From positions 224,597 through 288,596 of the forward strand of contig CAYVEK010000001.1 of the NCBI GenBank assembly GCA_964450605.1: a DNA stretch of 64,000 nt. Reading direction: 5' to 3'. The notes below the pieces were generated by a model. The model was not told the DNA's origin, did not search any database, and saw only the letters and a program-made list of their open reading frames with translations. The translations under genes were made by a program, and so were the position numbers. The DNA comes from an uncultured Candidatus Saccharibacteria bacterium (lineage in GTDB: Bacteria > Patescibacteriota > Minisyncoccia > Phycocordibacterales > CAIZLB01). Every line of letters starts with the position of its first letter. Position 1 is the first letter of the stretch. Shown one piece after another: positions 9,929 to 18,069 of the stretch.

Positions 9929-11350
9929 ATGTCAAATCTATACACAAACAGAGTATTTACAAGTGCCTTACATGACCATATTGGTCAGGAGGTTCAGATT
10001 TTCGGTTGGATTCATGTTCGCCGAGATCAAGGAAAGCTTATATTTCTAGAAATACGAGATAAAGATGGGGTGGTACAAGGAGTTGTACTTCCGAGTCGAC
10101 CAGATGTTCTTGGTGTTGCTTCAACACTCAGAAATGAGTTTGTAGTTTCTGTCAAGGGTATTGTCAATACACGGCCAGAACGAAATATTCAAAAAGATAC
10201 TCCAAATGGTGATATAGAAATAGAGATAACTGCCATAGAGATTATTAACGCATCTGAAACTATGCCGTTTGATATTCATAACTCAAAAGAAGTTGGTGAA
10301 GACGTACGACTTAAGTATAGATACTTAGATTTACGAGGAAAAAGATTACATGACAATATTATTATGCGAGATAAGATCATTGCATTTTTCCGAGAGTATA
10401 TGCACGCAAACGGATTCATTGAGATAGAAACTCCTATGCTTATGCGAGGAACTCCAGAAGGTTCTCGAGAGTACCTGGTTCCTTCACGATTACACCATGG
10501 AACATTTTACGCACTTCCACAGTCACCACAACAGTTCAAACAGCTTTTGATGGTTGCAGGATTTGAACGATATTTCCAGATAGCGCGATGTATGCGAGAT
10601 GAAGATCAGCGAGGTGATAGACAGCCTGAGTTTACACAGCTAGATTTTGAGATGTCATTTATTGATCAAGAAACTATTCTTCAATACACAGAGAAGATGT
10701 TTATTGAGATGGTTCAGAAACTTTATCCAAACAAAAAGATTTCAACAACTCCATTCCCACGACTTACATACGCCGAGAGTATGGAAAAGTATGGATCTGA
10801 TAAACCAGATCTACGAGTAAACAAAGAAGATCCAGACGAGTTAGCTTTTGCTTGGGTTGTTGATTTTCCTATGTACGAAGAGGCAAAAGATGGAACACTT
10901 ACAACAGCACATCATCCATTTTGTTCTATGCATCCAGAAGACGTAGATATCTTTATGAATGCAAAACCAGGAGACAAAGAACTTCTTAAGGTTCGAGCAA
11001 ACTCATACGACCTCGTGTTGAACGGATATGAACTTTCATCAGGAAGTATTCGAATACATCAGAGAGATATTCAGAAGAAAGTGTTTGAACTTCTAGGTAT
11101 GAGTGATGAACAGATACAATCAAAGTTTGGTCACATGCTTGAAGCGTTTACATTTGGAACACCTCCACATGGAGGTTTTGCGCCGGGAGTTGATCGTATT
11201 GTTATGCTGATGCAGAACGAACCAAACATCCGTGAGGTTATAGCTTTTCCAAAGACAGGTGAGGGAAGAGATCTTATGACAGGAGCACCTGCCGCGATGC
11301 CGGTGGAGCAGTTGACCGAGCTTGGGGTGAAGGTGATAAAGGAAAACTAG
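9929..11350 (+). CDS. aspS: Aspartate--tRNA ligase (short form lacking most of the GAD insertion)
   Basis: RRDQGKLIF, YALPQSPQQFKQLLM, RDEDQRGDRQPEFTQLD, PPHGG motifs. Confidence 0.97.
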   Translation: MSNLYTNRVFTSALHDHIGQEVQIFGWIHVRRDQGKLIFLEIRDKDGVVQGVVLPSRPDVLGVASTLRNEFVVSVKGIVNTRPERNIQKDTPNGDIEIEITAIEIINASETMPFDIHNSKEVGEDVRLKYRYLDLRGKRLHDNIIMRDKIIAFFREYMHANGFIEIETPMLMRGTPEGSREYLVPSRLHHGTFYALPQSPQQFKQLLMVAGFERYFQIARCMRDEDQRGDRQPEFTQLDFEMSFIDQETILQYTEKMFIEMVQKLYPNKKISTTPFPRLTYAESMEKYGSDKPDLRVNKEDPDELAFAWVVDFPMYEEAKDGTLTTAHHPFCSMHPEDVDIFMNAKPGDKELLKVRANSYDLVLNGYELSSGSIRIHQRDIQKKVFELLGMSDEQIQSKFGHMLEAFTFGTPPHGGFAPGVDRIVMLMQNEPNIREVIAFPKTGEGRDLMTGAPAAMPVEQLTELGVKVIKEN

Positions 11351-11353
11351 TTT

Positions 11354-11395
11354 GTAAAAAGCCTTGATTACGTAGCGGTATGTCAAGGCTTTTAC
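11354..11395. terminator. Terminator hairpin after aspS
   Basis: gtaaaaagccttga...tcaaggcttttac inverted repeat. Confidence 0.75.
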
Positions 11396-11422
11396 TATTG
11401 ACCAACCTGTTATAATACACCC

Positions 11423-12319
11423 ATGCAAAGACAATATTTATTCAAAAACAAAGCAGAAAATACATTTAAAACCATACTCCTTATGGGAGTAACTTTTGCC
11501 ATAGTGGCTGGTCTTGGCTGGCTTCTGTCGGTGCAGTTTGGAAACATCAACTTCCTATACGGTGCACTCTTTTTTGTTGTTATTATGAATGTTGTAAGTT
11601 ATTGGTTCTCAGATTCTATAGCTCTTCGTATGTCTGGAGCTCAGCCTATAGACATGAACACGGAGCAAGGTAAGTCTCTGTTTGCTACAGTTGAAAAACT
11701 TTCTCGTTATGCGCAGATAAAAACTCCACGAGTATATATCATACCTGATCAAAACATGAATGCGTTCGCCACAGGTCGAAATGAAAATCATGCAGCAGTG
11801 GCCGTTACAACTGGACTGCTACAAGTTCTGGATCAGGCAGAGCTCGAGGGTGTTATAGCGCACGAGTTGGCACATATCGGTAATAAAGACATACTTATCT
11901 CATCTGTTGTTGCTGTTCTTGTCGGACTTATAGTTCACATGGTGCATATCAGTGCTTTTAACAGTAATAGAAGTGAAGATGATAAGGGTAATGCTTTGAT
12001 CGGAATACTTGCTATGATTATCGCACCACTTGCAGCTACACTTATACAGCTCGCGGTATCACGAAGTCGAGAGTTTCAGGCAGATGCAACCGCCGCTCTC
12101 ATAACAAACAACCCTCAAGGATTAGTTAGTGCTCTTCAGAAAATACATTCGCACAATGTTCACCAACCTCTAGAGTCTGCCTCAAATGCAACAGCGCATA
12201 TGTACATCAGTAATCCGTTTGGAGGCGGAGAAGGGGAAGAGGGTCCTGGTGTTTTGGCTAAATTGTTTATGACTCACCCTCCTGTTGGCGAGAGAGTTGC
12301 GAAGTTGTTGGGGAGATAG
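11423..12319 (+). CDS. htpX: Zinc metalloprotease HtpX (M48)
   Basis: NAFATG, HELAH, SRSREFQAD, THPP motifs. Confidence 0.95.
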   Translation: MQRQYLFKNKAENTFKTILLMGVTFAIVAGLGWLLSVQFGNINFLYGALFFVVIMNVVSYWFSDSIALRMSGAQPIDMNTEQGKSLFATVEKLSRYAQIKTPRVYIIPDQNMNAFATGRNENHAAVAVTTGLLQVLDQAELEGVIAHELAHIGNKDILISSVVAVLVGLIVHMVHISAFNSNRSEDDKGNALIGILAMIIAPLAATLIQLAVSRSREFQADATAALITNNPQGLVSALQKIHSHNVHQPLESASNATAHMYISNPFGGGEGEEGPGVLAKLFMTHPPVGERVAKLLGR

Positions 12320-12330
12320 AGTTTTGTAAT

Positions 12331-12374
12331 AAAAAAGACCCATCACAGCTTTTGGTTATTACTGTGATGGGATC
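12331..12374 (-). terminator. Terminator of solo cassette
   Basis: Minus strand cccatcacag-13nt-ctgtgatggg-tctttttt. Confidence 0.8.
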
Positions 12375-12392
12375 TGGGATTGGCCGTTTTTC

Positions 12393-12881
12393 TTATGCGA
12401 CTCTGGACAGGTCGCATAGAATTTGACAGAGGTGCTTCCAGCGCTCTTTGTAATGCATCTGAGCCCTAACGAGGCCCATTTCTTTGATATCATCCGCAAA
12501 TTGCCGAAACTCGACAGTTTGCATCAGTTGTGTGCGTATACGCCCCCATCGAAGAGCGATAGCTACAGGAATATCCCCCGTGTTTTCGATTTTTTCCGTG
12601 AAATGGAAAAAGATTATCGAGAAGAAGATGACGAGAGGTGGGGTACCTATCAGAGCATCAACTTTTGAGAAGAGTTCTGTGCGCACCCCCAAGAAAGCGG
12701 TGACCAGAAAAACAAAGGCTGTTCTAAAAAGGATGATCCAGAACAGATTTCTTCTAGTTTCGAGCATTCTCTGGTAGAGCGCCTCCGCGTTCGGTGATCT
12801 ATACTCACTCACGAGCTTCTCGCTAAACTTATTTGCAAGGGCTTCGATCAGGGTAGTGGCGACGGTTGTGTGGGTGGTCAC
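12393..12881 (-). CDS. GC-richer ORFan, two TM helices (GTG start)
   Basis: TMs LFWIILFRTAFVFLVTAFLG and PLVIFFSIIFF; TTGATT-17-TATAAT promoter at 12993-12965. Confidence 0.7.
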   Translation of the reverse strand: MTTHTTVATTLIEALANKFSEKLVSEYRSPNAEALYQRMLETRRNLFWIILFRTAFVFLVTAFLGVRTELFSKVDALIGTPPLVIFFSIIFFHFTEKIENTGDIPVAIALRWGRIRTQLMQTVEFRQFADDIKEMGLVRAQMHYKERWKHLCQILCDLSRVA

Positions 12882-13035
12882 GGTGTGTTGGTATGGTTCG
12901 AGGAATTGTATAAGTAGTATCTAGAGTTTGAAAGGATTTCAGACTCATCTACTTACGACACTTTATTATATCATAAATAAATCAAGAAATCAAGTATAAG
13001 GCGCTACAAATAACCTTTATATTATAAGGATAAAA

Positions 13036-13122
13036 GGAGAGATGGCAGAGCGGTTTAATGTACCACCTTGGAAAGGTGGCGTGCTCGAAAGGGTACCGAG
13101 GGTTCGAATCCCTCTCTCTCCG
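13036..13122 (+). tRNA. tRNA-Ser(GGA)
   Basis: Cloverleaf, anticodon arm ccacc-ttGGAaa-ggtgg, long variable arm, ggttcgaatcc T arm; CCA not encoded. Confidence 0.97.
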
Positions 13123-13163
13123 CTAAGTCGAGCTTGCTCGGGATATATAGGTAAGTCGACGAC

Positions 13164-13193
13164 AAAAACCCTGCTGCGTAAAAACAGCAGGGT
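13164..13193 (-). terminator. Terminator of alpha-CTD-like cassette
   Basis: Minus strand accctgctg-8nt-cagcagggt-tttt. Confidence 0.75.
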
Positions 13194-13216
13194 CGGGAAG
13201 AATTTATGCTTTCTTC

Positions 13217-13720
13217 TTAGGGCTTCGCGAGGAGCTTGACCTTGGTTTCAATTTCCTTAGGCCCTTTGATTCGAGGCCTCATTCCTAGGTGTAAACCAAT
13301 CGAATCTAAGGATGATCTTATTCGTGATCTCATCACCTTTCCTATTCCATTCACACGATATAATTCATCAACCGTGTAATCTACAAGATCGCCAATAACA
13401 AGCACGGGGCCTCTTTCGAATTTACGTGAGTGTCTGAATAATGAATTGAGGATTGCTGCGCAATGCGGGGTGAAAGATGCCGTCTTGAGGAAATCGGTGA
13501 TTGGGGTTGCAAAAACGTCATCCATCGTCGTAACTTCCGGAGGTGTTTCACTACTGAAGGATACTTCGATGAGTAGTTTTGATACTTCTGAAGATGGATG
13601 GGGAGTGGGGTCAGAATCGATTACAATCCTGGGACTGTATCCATGCCGGACGAAAACATTTGTTATCGCACTCCGCAGGTCATCCAACAAGCCTGTTGAG
13701 GTAGAGTTAGGTATATGCAT
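13217..13720 (-). CDS. Stand-alone protein with C-terminal RNA polymerase alpha-CTD-like (HhH) domain
   Basis: VIGDLVDYTVDELYRVNGIGKVMRSRIRSSLDSIGLHLGM aligns by eye with the alpha-CTD consensus; TTGACA-17-TACTAT promoter at 13830-13802. Confidence 0.8.
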   Translation of the reverse strand: MHIPNSTSTGLLDDLRSAITNVFVRHGYSPRIVIDSDPTPHPSSEVSKLLIEVSFSSETPPEVTTMDDVFATPITDFLKTASFTPHCAAILNSLFRHSRKFERGPVLVIGDLVDYTVDELYRVNGIGKVMRSRIRSSLDSIGLHLGMRPRIKGPKEIETKVKLLAKP

Positions 13721-13856
13721 GATGTTGATGATTGTTTGTTTTTTGTGAACCTGATGCTTTGTTAAGTAGAACACTGTGTCTAAATAGGCAAAGAGCATTT
13801 AATAGTAGCACATGTGCCATATCATGTCAATAGGAGCACCGAAATAGATAAACTAC

Positions 13857-14399
13857 TTATGCACGCTCATTTTTTACACGTTCCTTCAGTTTTTCCATGT
13901 ATTCATCTTTGAATTTTCTATACGATGCATAATCACTTGCATACCTTGATGCAAGATCTTTCTTATAGGCAGAATAAGCGAGCACCTCTTCTGGATGACT
14001 ACGCAAATAATTTCTTAGATTAAGCATCTCTGTGTTATGAGGGTGTCCAGAAGGAAAGAAGTGTATGTTTGCAGTCAGAGCATTGTCTTCTATTATTCTA
14101 AATAAGACCGAGTCTTCCGTTACAAAACTTCCTGCATATTCAAACCCTGCCAGTTCCATTTCGGTCCTGTGTTTCTTTGCCAACTCAACAGTATCTGGTA
14201 ATATGGCGAGCACATCGACACAAGACTTACCTGACATACCTGGGACAGATGTGCTTCCTACATGTTCAATCTGGATATTTCCAAATATCTGTCTAATTTT
14301 TGAGGCGTATATTTCAAAACGTTTCGACCAATTTGGGTCGTATGTAACAATTTCGTATTTTCTGTCTCTGTATGGGTGAGTTTGAGAATCTTTGAACAT
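13857..14399 (-). CDS. GrpB family (UPF0157) nucleotidyltransferase-like protein
   Basis: YDPNW, IEHVGSTSVPG, LRNYLRSHPE, Y..YKK motifs. Confidence 0.9.
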   Translation of the reverse strand: MFKDSQTHPYRDRKYEIVTYDPNWSKRFEIYASKIRQIFGNIQIEHVGSTSVPGMSGKSCVDVLAILPDTVELAKKHRTEMELAGFEYAGSFVTEDSVLFRIIEDNALTANIHFFPSGHPHNTEMLNLRNYLRSHPEEVLAYSAYKKDLASRYASDYASYRKFKDEYMEKLKERVKNERA

Positions 14400-14514
14400 A
14401 ATTCAATTCTAGCAATACAATGCACAAGTCTCAAATTATTAAGTACATAGTCTACTTGACTCTCTCCGCATTATTTTGAACATAGTGAAAAACCGGTATA
14501 TAATACTAAATACC

Positions 14515-14940
14515 ATGAAAGAATATAGAAGCTTCGACCAATTACCAGAACTAGACATATCAGAGAACAGTACGGTGCCTGACACCACTCCTGCTCAAGA
14601 AACAGCTGAAAGAAAGGCTAAACACGAGTTAATGCTTGATGCTATGGGCGTAAATCCTGAAGATGATCCTAAACTTAGTCCAGAAGATTTTTTTAACTTG
14701 GCCATGTTAAAGTGTGGTTATATGGGTACAGGACGTGAATTTATACATACTTCTCGAAAAGTTATATTGGCCAGTACATTTCAAAAAGCTTTTATTACTT
14801 ACTATCAATTAACTGGTCCTAAGAAAAATATTAAATACAAAGAGTGGTTTGATAAGGCTTATGAGAATGGGATAATTGATTTCATACCTCATTCGAAAGG
14901 TACGGATAGTTTTCTTTGTTTACCTAAATCTACAGAATAA
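14515..14940 (+). CDS. Hypothetical protein (acidic N-terminus)
   Basis: 141-aa ORF with tataat 10 nt upstream of ATG. Confidence 0.7.
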   Translation: MKEYRSFDQLPELDISENSTVPDTTPAQETAERKAKHELMLDAMGVNPEDDPKLSPEDFFNLAMLKCGYMGTGREFIHTSRKVILASTFQKAFITYYQLTGPKKNIKYKEWFDKAYENGIIDFIPHSKGTDSFLCLPKSTE

Positions 14941-15029
14941 TTTTATATGATGAGAAGAAAACAGCTGGAGGAGTTGATAAGCATTGGCATATTTTTAATA
15001 TGATTCTAAGACGCCCATAGTCTTGTAAT

Positions 15030-15322
15030 AAAAAACACCCCACCACCTCTTCGTGTGAAAAAGAGGGGCAGGGTAGGAAGGTAATCTCTCACAAGGCTCC
15101 TCGAGAGCCTTCGACATCCAAGGTTTTTCCGCAAGCGGCTGATTGCCCGTATGTCTTTGGACGCGCTAGAAAGTTTTGCTTCCTATATAAAACACCTAAA
15201 TAAAATTTCTCGCCACAAAGTCCCTGTGGACAGCCCTTATAGGGAGTGGTGGTCTCCCGATATATATAGTGTCGCACAATATATCTTTTGCGACATAGTA
15301 TATAGGGCTACAGAGGGAGATC
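15030..15322. other. Highly structured element ending in a minus-strand terminator (ncRNA or 62-aa ORFan 15089-15277)
   Basis: Several stems: aaggctc/gagcctt, tccaagg/ctttgga, cgccac/gtggtg, tgtcgca/tgcgaca, tctccc/gggaga; terminator 15030-15074. Confidence 0.45.
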
Positions 15323-15408
15323 TGGCTATTATAGATATACTATGTATAATGAAATTCTAGGACGAACATTCTGTTCTATTCATATCTCCAACCTCTCCAC
15401 ATCTACTA

Positions 15409-15615
15409 ATGAGATCAAAACTTTTTCGCGAAGATCACAAATTTGTTCCGTCAGATTTTAAAACCTTGGCAGATAGGTTCTATAGGAATCAAGCTGATCC
15501 AACCAAGCCTGTACTTATGATTAACATCCTACATCATCTGTATCGTTACAATCACATCATCAGCCTCGCACAGTTCGACACTCTCAGACGTATATGGACC
15601 TCAACAGTCCGCTAA
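15409..15615 (+). CDS. Small ORFan (68 aa) in solo cassette
   Basis: tataat at 15345-15350, C/A-rich leader, hairpin plus T at 15628-15660. Confidence 0.6.
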   Translation: MRSKLFREDHKFVPSDFKTLADRFYRNQADPTKPVLMINILHHLYRYNHIISLAQFDTLRRIWTSTVR

Positions 15616-15713
15616 GTCAGAGAACCCGACCCTCGGGACAATTCCCATCCCCAGGGTTTTGTCTTTTATATATAAGTGCAAATCATTTGCAATATGCTAT
15701 AGTAAAAATCAAT

Positions 15714-16424
15714 ATGAGAAATTCTCCAAAAACATTGTCCGACAATCTAGTTCGTCTAGAAAAGTATATAGCTCAGAAAGGCATTGCGTCTCGCCGTGAG
15801 GCCAAGGACCTTATCGTACGTGGATGTGTATCCGTGAATGGTTCCCCTATCACAAACCCTGGACACGGCATAGATACAAAGAAAGATAAGATAGACGTGA
15901 AGCAAGATACAAATAAAGAATATGTTTTATTATATAAACCAAGAGGTATAGAGACTAACAATACAGGTACAGATCTTCGTGACATCTTTGATGTATTTCC
16001 AAAGTTTAAACACCTTTCAGCTATAGGACGATTAGACACCGAATCAGAAGGGCTTATCATACTCTCAAATGACGGAGTCCTTGCCAAAGCGTTTACAGGC
16101 TCTGATACTCATATCGGAAAGACCTATAAGGTTGAAGTGAGAGGTTTGGTTACTGACGCAATCATGTCTGAGATGGCTCACGGCATGCTTATAGATGAGA
16201 TAATGACAAAGCCGGCCATAACTGAAAAGATAAATAACAATGCATTTTTTATAACTCTATTCGAAGGTCGTAAGCATCAGATTCGTAAGATGTGTAGCGC
16301 CTCTCATCTACACGTTGTAAAACTCATACGTGTTGCCATCGGAGATATCGAAGTTGGAAAAATGAAAGCTGGTGATTTTCGACCACTCACACCATCTGAA
16401 GTTCAGAAACTAAAACGCAAATAA
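15714..16424 (+). CDS. rRNA pseudouridine synthase (RsuA/RluB family)
   Basis: S4 domain RLEKYIA..GIASRREA, GRLD catalytic motif, EGRKHQIRKM. Confidence 0.95.
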   Translation: MRNSPKTLSDNLVRLEKYIAQKGIASRREAKDLIVRGCVSVNGSPITNPGHGIDTKKDKIDVKQDTNKEYVLLYKPRGIETNNTGTDLRDIFDVFPKFKHLSAIGRLDTESEGLIILSNDGVLAKAFTGSDTHIGKTYKVEVRGLVTDAIMSEMAHGMLIDEIMTKPAITEKINNNAFFITLFEGRKHQIRKMCSASHLHVVKLIRVAIGDIEVGKMKAGDFRPLTPSEVQKLKRK

Positions 16425-16433
16425 CTTGCGTAA

Positions 16434-16474
16434 TATAAATCCCCTCAGATTGATTAACTCCTGAAGGGATTTAT
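16434..16474. terminator. Hairpin between convergent genes
   Basis: tataaatccc-c-tcag...ctga-a-gggatttata. Confidence 0.65.
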
Positions 16475-16492
16475 ATGTGCTGCAAATTGAGA

Positions 16493-17917
16493 TTATTTCT
16501 TTGCAGTCTTTTTTGGTTTTTTAACCATTTTATTTTTCTTATCTCGATGCTCTCCTTTTGCCATACTGTAAAGTATATCATGATCCTCTGCCCCGCCAAT
16601 AGAGACAATAAAGTTTTTGTGGATTTTTTCTAAATCATCTTTTCGTATTTGGTGGAATTCGTATTCAGCGACATCTGAAGATTCTTGAAATAAAATATCT
16701 TGTTCTTTTACTTCAGGATGTATTTCTAGAGATTTGTCGTTGTATCCTAGAACATATAGACCACTGAGTGTTCGTACTCGAGAAAGGGCAACGTAGCCTT
16801 GGCCATATTCAAAAACTTGTGACAGATCCATAAGGGCGCTATCCAAACTCATACCCTGACTTTTGTGTATAGTGATAGCCCATGCAAGACGTAGTGGCAC
16901 TTGAGTGATAGTTGCAAGTATTTTTCCATTGTCTTGTATACTCCAATCCATAGGCTCCGCTTCTATAAGCATGGAACCAACTTTAACAACAGGTACACCT
17001 CGTCTAAATGAATCAATGACGCCAATTGTTCCGTTTACAAAACCTTTCTCTGGATTATTTTTGGTAAACATAACTTTGGCACCAGTTTTAAGTTCGAGTT
17101 TTTCTGGTGATAAACAACCTTTTGTAAGTGTTTGTATAAGAGTATCTTTACCTGTACCTTTCATCTCATATATCTGGACCGGTTCTTTTATTTTCTCAAG
17201 TTCGCGGGCATTTACAGTATCGACATGAACATTGTGAGAATACAGTTTGGTTACTTCAGGAAGTTTTTCTGTGTCTCTATGAATACGTTTTTGCAATACG
17301 GTATGAACTCCACCGTGTATATCTCCTTTTCGTATAGATTGCAGGATTTGGGCAAACTCTGTATCACTCTGACGATGTTGTTCGGTCAAGTAGCATGTCA
17401 ATATCTTTGCTTCATTCCATGATCGGGCGTTAAAAGCAAAATTACCCTCTTCGAACATCTCAAGTGTTTGTGTTTTTTGTATGATAGGAGGAAGTTGAAA
17501 AAAATCACCGACAAATATAACTTGTAATCCTCCAAAAGGTTTTTGTACTGAACGAAGTGTCTTGCAGACTGCATCAACCATGTCGAGCGTTTTTGCCGGC
17601 ATCATAGATATCTCATCTATGATGAGTACTTTTGCTTTTCGTAAACGTTTTACTAAATATTCTTTTTCAAGAAGAGCTTCGAGATCATAATCAGTCAAAG
17701 TGTCTTTGATACCTATACCGGACCATGAATGTATGGTCATACCGCCGATATGTGTTGCTGCTATACCGGTTGACGCAGTAACTGAAGCTGATACACCTTT
17801 TGAGGCTAGATATTCTATATATGCTTTTATGGTGAAAGATTTGCCGGAGCCAGGTTCTCCAGTTAGAAAGATATTTGCTCCTGTTTTAAGGATGTTTAAA
17901 GCAGTCTCCTGAGTCAT
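16493..17917 (-). CDS. PIF1/RecD-like SF1B helicase
   Basis: GEPGSGKS, IIDEISM, GDFFQLPP, AWAITIHKSQGMSL, YVALSR motifs. Confidence 0.95.
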   Translation of the reverse strand: MTQETALNILKTGANIFLTGEPGSGKSFTIKAYIEYLASKGVSASVTASTGIAATHIGGMTIHSWSGIGIKDTLTDYDLEALLEKEYLVKRLRKAKVLIIDEISMMPAKTLDMVDAVCKTLRSVQKPFGGLQVIFVGDFFQLPPIIQKTQTLEMFEEGNFAFNARSWNEAKILTCYLTEQHRQSDTEFAQILQSIRKGDIHGGVHTVLQKRIHRDTEKLPEVTKLYSHNVHVDTVNARELEKIKEPVQIYEMKGTGKDTLIQTLTKGCLSPEKLELKTGAKVMFTKNNPEKGFVNGTIGVIDSFRRGVPVVKVGSMLIEAEPMDWSIQDNGKILATITQVPLRLAWAITIHKSQGMSLDSALMDLSQVFEYGQGYVALSRVRTLSGLYVLGYNDKSLEIHPEVKEQDILFQESSDVAEYEFHQIRKDDLEKIHKNFIVSIGGAEDHDILYSMAKGEHRDKKNKMVKKPKKTAKK

Positions 17918-17943
17918 TACAGGGGTAAGTATAGCATATAAAT

Positions 17944-18036
17944 AAAAAGTCCCTCCAAAGCACTTTGAACGTGATGCCCTGTCCCCTCTTCACGAAGCTC
18001 GTGTTAAGGTTGTGTTCTCTGTACTCTGGAAGGAGT
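17944..18036 (-). ncRNA. Candidate structured RNA or large terminator domain 3' of valS
   Basis: 14-bp closing stem tccttccagagtac/gtgctttggaggga (G-U pairs on minus strand), internal hairpin cacga-gct-tcgtg, T-tract. Confidence 0.45.
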
Positions 18037-18069
18037 GATATCACTCATAGCACACATACAGAAAAAACA

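Noticed and set aside
13042-13239. 65-aa ORF
   Set aside because: Translation of tRNA-Ser and a terminator
17944-18036. SRP RNA, 6S RNA or T-box
   Set aside because: Lacks the SRP GGAA domain, is too short for 6S, and lies 3' rather than 5' of valS
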